Shown here piece after piece: positions 13,681-24,859 of a stretch of DNA of 63,511 nucleotides; positions within the stretch are counted from its first letter, which is position 1; each line of letters opens with the position of its first letter. The translations under genes were made by a program, and so were the position numbers. The DNA is from Chiloscyllium plagiosum (lineage: Eukaryota): the NCBI RefSeq assembly GCF_004010195.1, contig NC_057719.1:3108286-3171796 (forward strand), written 5' to 3'. The notes below the pieces were generated by a model that was not told the DNA's origin, ran no database searches, and saw only the letters and a program-made list of their open reading frames with translations.

Positions 13681-14589
13681 TTTTAATCAGGCCTTATGAA
13701 TAGAAGGATGGTAGTGGTGATTATAGTGATTATAGTGGAAACAAAAAACAGAAGTTAATGGAAAAGCTCAGCAGATCTGACAGCATCCGTGAAGAGAAGT
13801 CAAAGTTAATGTGTCGGGTCAAGTAACCCTTCCTCAGAACATTATAGTAGAATTTTATCCATTACAAATTCAGCCCAGGCTGGAAAATATTGGATAATTC
13901 TGGTCTCCACATTTCAGAAAAAATGTTAAAGCTTTCCAAGGTGAAGCGGTTTGTGAGGAATGAGGGATTCAGTTCTGAGGAAAATTCAGAAAAAAATAGG
14001 ATTAGTCTCCTTGAAACAGAGAAACTGTGACCTAATCACAGTTTTCAAGATGATGAGAAGCATTATACTATATAGAAGGGTCGTGACTACAGATGTGTCC
14101 AGTGAACTGTGAATTATACACCTCATTTAGCTCCTTCATTGTCAACTAAGTGCAAACTTGACGCTGTTATCAAATAAAATACAGACACAAAGATTAAAAT
14201 GTGACATGAATAAAAGACACTTCTAGCAATGGAAGTCAGATCAGACCACGATCAGAGTACACTTGGCTTGCTTGAAAACTTATCTTTGCAAAGGAATTAA
14301 AAATGCAAGGTCAGAGTTCACCAGCTGTGACAGCTTCTAAAGTTGAACAGTTGGAAGTTGGTTACCGAGATAGACCCCTTAAATGGAGCAGAATTTGAGT
14401 GAAGAGATGGTTTCTTGTTCTTCGTTTGCAGATTGCCCGGACTCCGGCTGCAGAACTCTGCGTTATTTCTTAAAGAACCGTTCCCTTTTAGCTCAGAACT
14501 CTCTTCTCTGAAGATGCTGCCTCCCAGAGACCTATCCTGGGGAGTTCCAGCTTTCCAAAAAAGGTTCACAGCAACATAAAAATCAAACA

Positions 14590-15860
14590 GAGAGTCATAG
14601 AGATGTACAGTGCAGAAATGGACCCTTCAGTCCAATTCTTCCATGCCAACCAGATATCTTAGTTAAATTGAGTCCCATTTGCCAGCATTTGGCCCATATC
14701 CCTCTAAACCTTTCCTATGCATATACCCATCAGATGTCTTTTAAATGTTGTCATTATCCCAGCCTCCACCAACTCCTCTGGCAGCTCATGCCACACACGC
14801 ACCTCTCTCTGTGTGAAAGAGTTGACCCTTAGGTCCCTTTTAAGTCTTTCCCCTCTCACCTTAAACCTATGCCTTCTAGATTGGAATTCATCCACCCCAG
14901 GGAAAAAAACCTTGTCTATTTACCCTATTCGTACCCCTCATGATTTTATAAACCTCTGTAAAGTCACCACTCAGCCTCTGATACTCCAGGGAAAATAGCT
15001 CCAGCCTATTCAGCCTCTCCCTCTAACTCAAACCCTCAAACCCTGGCAACATCCTTGTAAATCTTTTCTGAACCCTTTCAAGTTTTACAACATCCTTCCT
15101 ATAGCAAGGAAACCAGAACTGAACACAGTATTCCAAAAGTGGCCTAACCAATGTCCTGTATAAGCAGTAACATGATCTCTGAACTCCTCTACTCAATGCA
15201 CTGACCAATAAAGGCAAGCATACAAAATACCTTATAAAAGCAAATTACTGCGGACACTAGAATCTGAAACCAAAAGAGAAAATGCTGGAAAATCTCAGCA
15301 GGTCTGGCAGCATCTGGAAGGAGAGAAAAGAGCTGATGTTTTGAATCTAACTGACCCTTTGGAACGTCAGCTCTTTTCTCTCCTTACAGATACAAAATAC
15401 CTTCTTCACCATCTCATCTGGCAGTGAATCCACTTTCAAAGAACTATGAACCTTTGTTCAGCAACACTCCCAGGACCTTACCACTAAGTGTATAAGTCCT
15501 ACCCTGATTTGCTTTTCCAAAATGCAGCACCTCACATTTATCTAAATTAAACTCCATCCACCACTCCTCTGCCCATTGGCCCATCTGATCAAGGTACCAT
15601 TGTAATCTGAGGTAGCCTTCTTCGCTGTCCATTACACCTCCAATTTTGGTGTCATCTGCAAACTTATTAACCATACCTCCTATGTTCACATTGGAATCAT
15701 TTATGTAAATAGAAAAGCAGTGGACCCAGCACTGATCCTTGTGGCACACTGCTGGTCACAGGCCTCCAGTCTGAAAAGCAACCCTCCATCACCACCATCT
15801 TCTACCATCAAGCGAGTTTGTATCCAAATGGCCACGTCTCCCTCTATTCCATACATAAAT
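14590..15860 (-). mobile_element. CR1 LINE fragment with a nested short insertion (15234-15389, 14-bp TSD)
   Basis: FADDTK, FNLDKCEVLHFG and RPLLEYC motifs; ATACAAAATACCTT at 15220-15233 and 15390-15403. Confidence 0.9.
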
Positions 15861-16057
15861 TGGCTGCTATTAAGTTTTGACAGATCCTTGTCCCACAAAG
15901 CAGACTCAATAATACTGGAATTCTTCATGTTGGTTTATATCAGTCTCTTGTTTATCTTAGAAGTTTTGAAAGTTCCCACCTTCATTGTGTTGTCTAAAAG
16001 GGCAAGCAAATTTCAAACAGCTCCCTTTGTGGTTGCTATTGAGAGAACACACTAACC

Positions 16058-17515
16058 AGGCAGAAGTGGGTACTGCGATGCTGGAGATTAGAGTCAAGAT
16101 TAGTGTGGTGCTGGAAAAGCACAGCAGGTCAGGCAGCATCCAAGGAGCAAGAAAATCATCATTTCAGGCAAAAGCCCTTCATCAGGAATGAACATACAAA
16201 CCAGCCTGCCTTTTGCTATTCAACTTTTGGCTGCCATTTTTTTATATGGAGTATTTCTCTTTCCAGCTTATCTCCTTCACTTCCTGTCCCACCGCCCTTG
16301 AACCCCACCCCTCCAACCGCAATAAGAATAGAACCTCAATGGTCCTCACCTTCCACCTCACCAACCTCTGGATACATTGCATCATCCTCCATCACTTTTG
16401 CCATCTACAAACAGACCCCACCACCAGGGATATATTTCTCTCCCACCCCTAACTGCAATCCAGAGAGACCATTCCCTCTATGACAGGAGTGGTTAGCACT
16501 GCTGCCTCGCAGCATCAGGGACCCAGGTTCGATTCCAGCCTCGGGCGACTGTCTGTTTGGAGTTTACACATTCTCCCCGTGTCTGTGTGGGTTTCCTACA
16601 AGTGCTCTAATTTCCTTCCATAATCCAAAGATGTGCAGGTTAGGTGAATTGACAATTCTAAATTGCCCATAGTGTTCAGGGATGTATAGGTTAGGTGCAT
16701 TAGTCAGGGGTAAATGTAGGGGAATGGGTCTGGGTGGGTTACTTTTCAGAGGGTCAATATGGACTTGTTGGGCTGAAGAGATTCACTGTAGGGATTCTTT
16801 GATTCTATGACTCCCTTGTCAGGTCCAGCCCCCCCCCCACCAAACCCAGCACTCCCAGAACCTTCCCCTGCCACGGCAGGAAATGCAAAACCTGTGCCCA
16901 CACCTCCCCCCTCAACTCCATCTAAGGCCCCAAAAGATTCTTCCACATCCGACAGAGATTTACCTGCACTTCCACACACGCCATGTACTGCATCAGTTGC
17001 ACACGATGTGTTCCCCTCTATTTTGGGGAGACAGGTTGCCAACTTGCAGATCGTTTCAGAGAACATCTCTGGGACACCCGCACCAACCAACCCCACTGCC
17101 CTGTGGCTGAACACTTCAACTCCCTCTCTCACTCTGCCAAGGACATGCAGGTCCTGGGCCTCCTCCACCGCCAAACTGTTACCACCCGGAGGAAGAACAC
17201 CTCATCTTCTGCCTTGGGACCCTCCAATCACACAGGATCAATGTGGATGTCACCAGTTTCAACCTTCCAACTCAGCACCGCCCTTGAACTGTCCATTTTC
17301 CTTCCCGCTTATCCGCTCCACCCTCCGCTCTGACCTATCACCTTCCCTTCCACCTTTATCTACCTATTGCATACACAGCTACCATCTCCCCCAGCCCAAT
17401 CCCCTCCCATTTATCTCTCAGTCCCCTTGGCCCATAAGTCCCCCAGCTGTTCTTTTCCAGCACCTCACTGTTTGACTCTGATCTCTAACATCTGCAGTCC
17501 TCACTTTCTCCTAGT
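16058..17515 (+). mobile_element. Penelope-like retroelement remnant with GIY-YIG endonuclease
   Basis: ORF 16983-17333 YCISCTRCVPLYFGETGCQLADRFREHL...VAEHFN; upstream NRTSMVLTFH...LQTDPTTRDIF; inverted terminal module at 16058-16190. Confidence 0.85.
16487..16810 (+). mobile_element. HE1-type SINE inserted in the Penelope-like element
   Basis: GTGGTTAGCACTGCTGCCTC...GGTTCGATTCC head and SINE body. Confidence 0.85.
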
Positions 17516-17693
17516 CGATTATTTAAAGGTAAATAAACTTTCTTCATAAAATATACAATATTCGAATAGCATATTGGGAAAACAATACAATCTCTGGAAG
17601 GGTGTATCATGACTGGAGGTAACAGATTAAAAATCATTGGAAGATGAGAATGGTAGCTTAGAAAACCTTTTTTCCACACATGCAGTTATTGGG

Positions 17694-18940
17694 ATAGAAC
17701 ATAGAACATAGAACATAGAAGAATACAGCGCAGTACAGGCCCTTCGGCCCTCGATGTTGCGCCGATCCAAGCCCACCTAACCTACACTAGCCCACTATCC
17801 TCCATATGCCTATCCAATGCCCGCTTAAATGCCCATAATGAGGGAGAGTCCACCACTGCTACTGGTAGGGTATTCCATGAACCCACGACTCGCTGAGTAA
17901 AGAACCTACCCCCGTACCAGAGTCTTATACAACTGCATCATGACCTCAGGACTCCGGAACTCAATTCCTCTACCAATAAAAGCCAGTACGCCATATGCCT
18001 TCCTCACCGCACTATTTACCTGGGTGGCAACTTTCAGAGATCTGTGTACATGGACACCAAGATCCCTCTGCTCATCCACACTACCAAGTATCCGACCATT
18101 AGCCCAGTACCCCATCTTTTTGTTATTCTTCCCAAAGTGAATCACCTCGCACTTAGCTACATTGAATTCCATCTGCCACCTTTCTGCCCAGCTCTGCAGC
18201 TTCTCTATATCCTGCTGTAACCTGCCACATCCTTCCTCACTGTCAACAACTCCTTCGACTTTCGTATCATCCGCAAACTTGCTTACCCAACCTTCTAACC
18301 CCTCTTCCATGTCATTTATAAAAATGACAAACAGCAATGGTCCCAAAACAGATCCTTGCGGAACACCGCTATTGACGGCACTCCATGAAGAAACTTTGCC
18401 ATCAACTACTACCCTCTGTCTTCTTCCATCCAGCCAATTCCTAATCCAAACCTCCAACTCACCCTCAATGCCATATCTCCGTATTTTCTGCAGTGGCCTA
18501 CCATGGGGAACCTTATCAAACGCCTTACTAAAATCCATATATACCACATCTACCGCTTTCCCCTCATCAACCTCCTTCGTCACCTTTTCAAAGAATTCAA
18601 TAAGGTTTGTGAGGCACGACTTGCCCTTCACAAAACCATGCTGACTATCCTTGATCACATTATTCCTATCCAGATGTGCATAAATCCTATCCCTTACAAT
18701 TCTCTCTAAGACTTTGCCCACAACAGAAGTGAGACTCACCGGCCTACAGTTGCTAGGGTTATCCCTACTCCCCTTTTTGAACAAGGGAACCACATTTGCT
18801 ATCCTCCAGTCTTCTGGCACTACTCCTGTAGACAACGAGGACATAAAAATCAAGGCCAACGGCTCTGCAATCTCCTCCCTTGCTTCCCAGAGAATCCTAG
18901 GATAAATGCCATCAGGCCCAGGGGACTTATCTATTTTCAC
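17694..18940 (-). mobile_element. Young CR1 with an uninterrupted 344-aa RT segment and an internal deletion near 17910
   Basis: [36 protein letters not shown] and FADD motifs; (AGAACAT)n tail at ~17696-17720. Confidence 0.95.
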
Positions 18941-19264
18941 CTATTTTCACCTATTTTCATCTATTTTCTTGAACCTTGTACCTGAAAAGGGGGAGTGAAA
19001 GTTAATTCCATTAAGAAGCTACAAAGGGAGTTCCACATTGTTGGGGAATGGCAAATGCTCAGGGTTACAGTCAAAAGCAAGAGATGTGGGACGAGGTGCA
19101 ACTTTTCTTTCTAGGGATCAGAACATAAATTGTGGCTCCTTCTGCATTAGGAGTTTCTATGATTCTATGAATTGTGGTGGGGAATAATAAAGATTTTTTA
19201 AAAATGAGTTTACAACACGAGTAAGACATCACCTTCCAGCTGGTATAATGAGATGCGTTTTTGC

Positions 19265-20680
19265 AGGAATGAACCAGGATGTTGCCTGGTATGGGGGTTT
19301 TTAGGAATGAAGAAAGGTTCAATAGACTGGGTTTGGTTTCACTGGAATGCAGGAGATTGAGGGGCAACCTGATAGAAGTTTTTAAGATTGTGAATGGCAT
19401 GGATAAGAGTGGAAAGTATGAGGCTTTTTCCCAGGGTGGAGGGGTCAATTACTAGGGGACACAGGTTCAACGTGTGAGGGGGGATGTTTAAAAGAGATGT
19501 GCGAGGCAGATTTTTCACACAAAGGATAGTGAGTGCTTAGACCATAAGACCATAAGACATAGGAGCGGAAGTAAGGCCATTCGGCCCATCGAGTCCACTC
19601 CGCTATTCAGTCATGGCTGATGGGCATTTCAACTCCACTTACCCGCATTCTCCCCGTAGCCCTTAATTCCTTGTGACATCAAGAATTTATCAATCTCAGC
19701 CTTGAAGCCATTTAGCATCCCAGCCTCCACTGCACTCTGTGGCAATGAATTCCACAGGCTCACCACACTCTGGCTGAAGAAATGTATGTTAGACTTACCA
19801 TTCCAGGGATCATCCGTGTGAATCTCCGTTGGACACGTTCCAGTGCCAGTATGTCCTTCCTGAGGTGTGGGGACCAAAACTGGACACAGTACTCCAAATG
19901 GGGCCTAACCAGAGCTTTATAAAGTCTCAGTAGCACAACAGTGCTTTTATATTCCAACCCTCTTGAGATAATTGACAACATTGCATTCGCTTTCTAAATC
20001 ACGGACTCAACCTGCATGTTTACCTTTAGAGAATCCTCAACTAGCACTCACAGATCCCTCTGTACTTTGGCTTTATGAATTTTCTCACCGTTTAGAAAGT
20101 AATCCATGCTTCTAATCTTTTTTCCAAAGTGCAAGACCTCGCATTTGCTCACATTGAATTCCATCAGCCATTTCCTGGACGACTCCTCCAAACTGTCTAG
20201 ATCCTTCTGCTGCCTCCCGCCTGTCTACCTTGGATTCCAACATCTGCAGTTTTTTTTGTCTCTAACCAGGATTTTCCCTTGAACGTCGAAGGCGAAGAGG
20301 TGACCTGGTAGAGGTTTATAAAATCATAAGGGGCATGGATACAGTAAATAGACAAGTTATTTTCCATGGGGTGGGGCAGTCCAGAAGTAGAGATTTAGGG
20401 TGAGAGGGGAAAGACTTAAAAGGGACCCAAGGTGCAACCTTTTCATGTCGAGGGTGGTACCTGTATGGAATGAGCTGCCAGAGGAAGTGGTGGAGATTGG
20501 TACAATTACAGCATTTAAAAGGCATCTCGATGAGTATATGAATAGGATGGGTTTAGAGGGATATGGGCCAAGTGCTGGCAAATGGGACTAGATTAGGTTA
20601 GGATAGCCAGTCGGTATGGACGAATTGGACCGAAGCGTTTGTTACCTTGCTGTACATCTCTATGGCTTTATGACTCTAAT
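19265..20680. mobile_element. Cluster of three CR1 fragments (+ 19265-19535, - 19538-20215, + 20268-20680)
   Basis: CR1 ORF2 C-terminal motifs and three different 3' regions/tails. Confidence 0.85.
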
Positions 20681-21889
20681 AGAAAGACCTAAAGCAGAAG
20701 GTTCCTGTTTATTGTACAAGAGTGAAATGTATGCAGTGTATGGGCAGTTGTTCATGGTGGGTATGAAGGTTGATGGCTTTCTGAGTGTATCAGGTAGAGA
20801 TGGGTCAGAGTCAGGCGCAGTCTGACAGTGTGTCAGAAAGAGTAGTGTTTAGTCAGCATCAGACAGACTCTCTCACTTTGAGGCTGTCTGATTAAATACA
20901 AAGTTTACCTGGGTCCTCCTGTAGTCTGTGTAGGAGATTAATCACAACAGAATATATCACCAGAGAAAGGTCATCGGGAAGTTTGTAAATCCATGGCATT
21001 TGGGAAAGATATTAAATGGATCCAATGGTATTTGTTTCCATGGTATTCGATTCCATTCTTCTCTATTACTTATGAATGTAATAACTTGGTCTCCTGTAAA
21101 CAGAACCAATATGGTTCAATGGGCAAACCTCCATAAATCTGATTACAGTAGGGATCACTGGGCAAGTGAACTCATAAACAAAATGAGATTTGTCCTGTTA
21201 CAAGAGAGAATTGGGCATCATTTTTCTGCTTTCAGGAATCGTTGCACTCATGCATATAATTGATTTTAGAAATTTAGAATTACAGATACAATATTCTGCT
21301 GTGCAATTAGAGGATTCAGCTCGGATATTTAATAATCCAATCCTGTTGCTGGCAATTAATCTGAAAGTTAAGACAAATAGATGCTCTGGTTGCAGACAGT
21401 ACTAAAGGGGAGTATCATTTTCGGAATTATCTCTCTCCCTCTCACTGTGGCTGGAAGGAATATTCTAAATTGGTATGTGTTTGCCTTGGGGAGAGCTCAG
21501 TGTGCAGTGAGCAAGATATTGGCATTTCACTTCTGCAACTTGGATTCTGGACCATCGCTGCTGTACAGCCTCACAGCCAGCAATGTCATATCAACTCACT
21601 CAGTGAGGATCAGGAAATTCCAAGAGGATGTAACGGTTACCCTACTGAAGAAAGACAGTGTGGAACACTTACTCAAATGAACAAACAGTAGTAGTAGGCA
21701 GTTACATAATGAATGACCCATATTGCAAATAAACAGTAATCTGTATGTTTATACAGTGAGTAAGATTTACTCTGAATAAACAGTGGCACTGTACAATTTA
21801 CAGTGTGACCCATATTATGAATACACAGTAATATTATAGTGTCATAGCAAGTGACTCATACAAGCAATTACATACAAAGTAACCCTTAA

Positions 21890-24858
21890 CTAGTTGAATA
21901 GTCTGTGCAATCTCACAGTGAGCAACCCTTAGCTATCTGGATAGTCAGTAATCTGTACAATCTCACAGTGAGTAACCCTTCGGTACCTGGATAATCAGTA
22001 ATCTGTGCAATCTCACAGTAAGTAACCCTTCACTACTTGGTTAGTCAGTAATGTGTACTATCTCACGGTGAGTAACCCTTAGCTACCTGGATAGTCAGTA
22101 ATCTATACAATCTCACAGTGAGTAACCCTTAGCTACCTGGATAGTCAGTAATCTGTACAATCTCACAGTGAGTAACCCTTCGCTACCTGGATAGTCAGTA
22201 ATCTGTACTATCTCACAGTGAGTAACAATTAGCTACCTGAATAGTCAGTAATCTGTACAATCTCACAGTGAGTAACCCTTAGCTACCTGGATAGTCAGTA
22301 AACTGTACTATCTCACAGTGAGTAACCCTTAGCTACCTGGATAGTCAGTAATCTGTACAATCTCACAGTGAGTAACCCTTAGCTACCTGAATAGTCAGTA
22401 ATCTGTACAATCTCACAGTGAGTAACTCTTAGCTACCTGGATAGTCAGTAATCTGTACAATCTCACAGTGAGTAACCCCTAGTTACCTGGATAATCAGTA
22501 ATCTGTACAATCTCACAGTGAGTAACCCTTAGCTACCTGGATAGTCAGTGATCGGTACTATCTCACGGTGAGTAACTCTTAGCTAACTGGATAGTCAGTA
22601 ATCTGTACAATCTCACAGTGAGTAACCCTTCGCTACCTGGATAGTCAGTAATCTGTACAATCTCACAGTGAGTAACCCCTAGTTACCTGGATAATCAGTA
22701 ATCTGTACTATCTCACAGTGAGTAACCCTTAGCTAACTGGATAGTCAGTAATCTGTACTATCTCACGGTGAGTAACTCTTAGCTACCTGAATAGTCAGTA
22801 ATCTGTACAATCTCACAGTGAGTAACCCTTCGCAACCTGGATAGTCAGTAATCTGTACAATCTCACAGTGAGTAACACCTAGCTACCTGGATCGTCAGTA
22901 ATCTGTACAATCTCACAGTGAGTAACCCTTCGCTACCTGAATAGTCAGTGATCTGTACAATCTCACAGTGAGTAACCCTTCGCTACCTGGATAGTCAGTA
23001 ATCTGTACTATCTCACAGTGAGTAACCCTTAGCTACCTGGATAGTCAGTAATCTGTACAATCTCACAGTGAGTAATCCCTAGTTACCTGGATAATCAGTA
23101 ATCTGTGCAATCTCACAGTAAGTAACCCTTCACTACTTGGTTAGTCAGTAATGTGTACTATCTCACGGTGAGTAACCCTTAGCTACCTGGATAGTCAGTA
23201 ATCTGTACAATCTAACAGTGAGTAACTATTGCCTACCTGAATAGTCAGTAATCTGTACTATCTCAAAGTGAGTAACCCTTCGCTACCTGGATAATCAGTA
23301 ATCTGTACAATCTCACAGTAAGTAACCCTTCACTACTTGTTTAGTCAGTAATGTGTACTATCTCACAGTGAGTAACTCTTAGCTACCTGGATAGTCAGTA
23401 ATCTGTACAATCTCACAGTGAGTAACTCTTAGCTACCTGGATAGTCAGTAATCAGTACAATCTCACAGTGAGTAAACCTTAGCTACCTGGATAGTCAGTA
23501 ATCTGTACAATCTCACAGTGAGTAACCCTTAGCTACCTGGATAGTCAGTAATCTGTACAATCTCACAGTGAGTAACCCTTCGCTACCTGGATAGTCAATA
23601 ATCTGTACAATCTCACAGTGAGTAACCCCTAGTTACCTGGATAATCAGTAATCTGTACAATCTCACAGTGAGTAACTCTTAGCTACCTGGATAGTCAGTA
23701 ATCTGTACAATCTCACAGTGAGNNNNNNNNNNNNNNNNNNNNNNNNNNNNNNNNNNNNNNNNNNNNNNNNNNNNNNNNNNNNNNNNNNNNNNNNNNNNNN
23801 NNNNNNNNNNNNNNNNNNNNNNNNNNNNNNNNNNNNNNNNNNNNNNNNNNNNNNNNNNNNNNNNNNNNNNNNNNNNNNNNNNNNNNNNNNNNNNNNNNNN
23901 NNNNNNNNNNNNNNNNNNNNNNNNNNNNNNNNNNNNNNNNNNNNNNNNNNNNNNNNNNNNNNNNNNNNNNNNNNNNNNNNNNNNNNNNNNNNNNNNNNNN
24001 NNNNNNNNNNNNNNNNNNNNNNNNNNNNNNNNNNNNNNNNNNNNNNNNNNNNNNNNNNNNNNNNNNNNNNNNNNNNNNNNNNNNNNNNNNNNNNNNNNNN
24101 NNNNNNNNNNNNNNNNNNNNNNNNNNNNNNNNNNNNNNNNNNNNNNNNNNNNNNNNNNNNNNNNNNNNNNNNNNNNNNNNNNNNNNNNNNNNNNNNNNNN
24201 NNNNNNNNNNNNNNNNNNNNNNTTACTTACAATCTCACAGTGAGTAACCCTTAGCTAACTGGATAGTCAGTAATCTGTACTATCTCACAGTGAGTAACAC
24301 CTAGCTACCTGGATAATCAGTAATCTGTACAAACTCACAGTGAGTAACCCTTAGCTACTGACTACCCAGGCAGCTAAGGGTTACTCACTGTGAGATTTTA
24401 CAGATTACTGATTATCCAGGTAGCTAAGGGTTACTCACCGCGGGATAGTACACATTACTGACTAACCAAGTAGTGAAGGGTTACTTACTTACAATCTCAC
24501 AGTGAGCAACCCTTAGCTACCTGGATAGTCAGTAAACTGTACTATCTCACAGTGAGTAACCCTTAGCTATCTGGATAGTCAGTAATCTATACAATCTCAC
24601 AGTGAGTAACCCTTCGCTACCTGGATAGTCAGTAATCTGTACAATCTGACAGTGAGTAACCCTTTGTTACCTGGATAGTCAGTAATCTGTACAATCTCAC
24701 AGTGAGTAACCCTTCGCTACCTGGATAGTCAGTAATCTGTGCAATCTCACAGTGAGTAACCGTTTGTTACCTGGATAATCAGTAATCTGTACAATCTCAC
24801 AGTGAGTAACCCTTTGTTACCTGGATAATCAGTAATCTGTACAATTACACAGTGAGTG
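21890..24858. repeat. 50-bp tandem satellite, about 48 visible units plus a 500-N gap
   Basis: Unit ATCTGTACAATCTCACAGTGAGTAACCCTTAGCTACCTGGATAGTCAGTA. Confidence 0.97.
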
Positions 24859-24859
24859 A

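Noticed and set aside
17906..18940. Domesticated or autonomous reverse transcriptase gene
   Set aside because: 5'-truncated, lacks the endonuclease and the C-terminus; the open frame is explained by recent insertion
21890..24858. CRISPR-like array
   Set aside because: Units are contiguous with no unique spacers, no cas genes, and the context is eukaryotic
21890..24858. V(D)J recombination signal array (CACAGTG heptamer in each unit)
   Set aside because: No ACAAAAACC-like nonamer at 12- or 23-bp spacing and no Ig/TCR segments nearby
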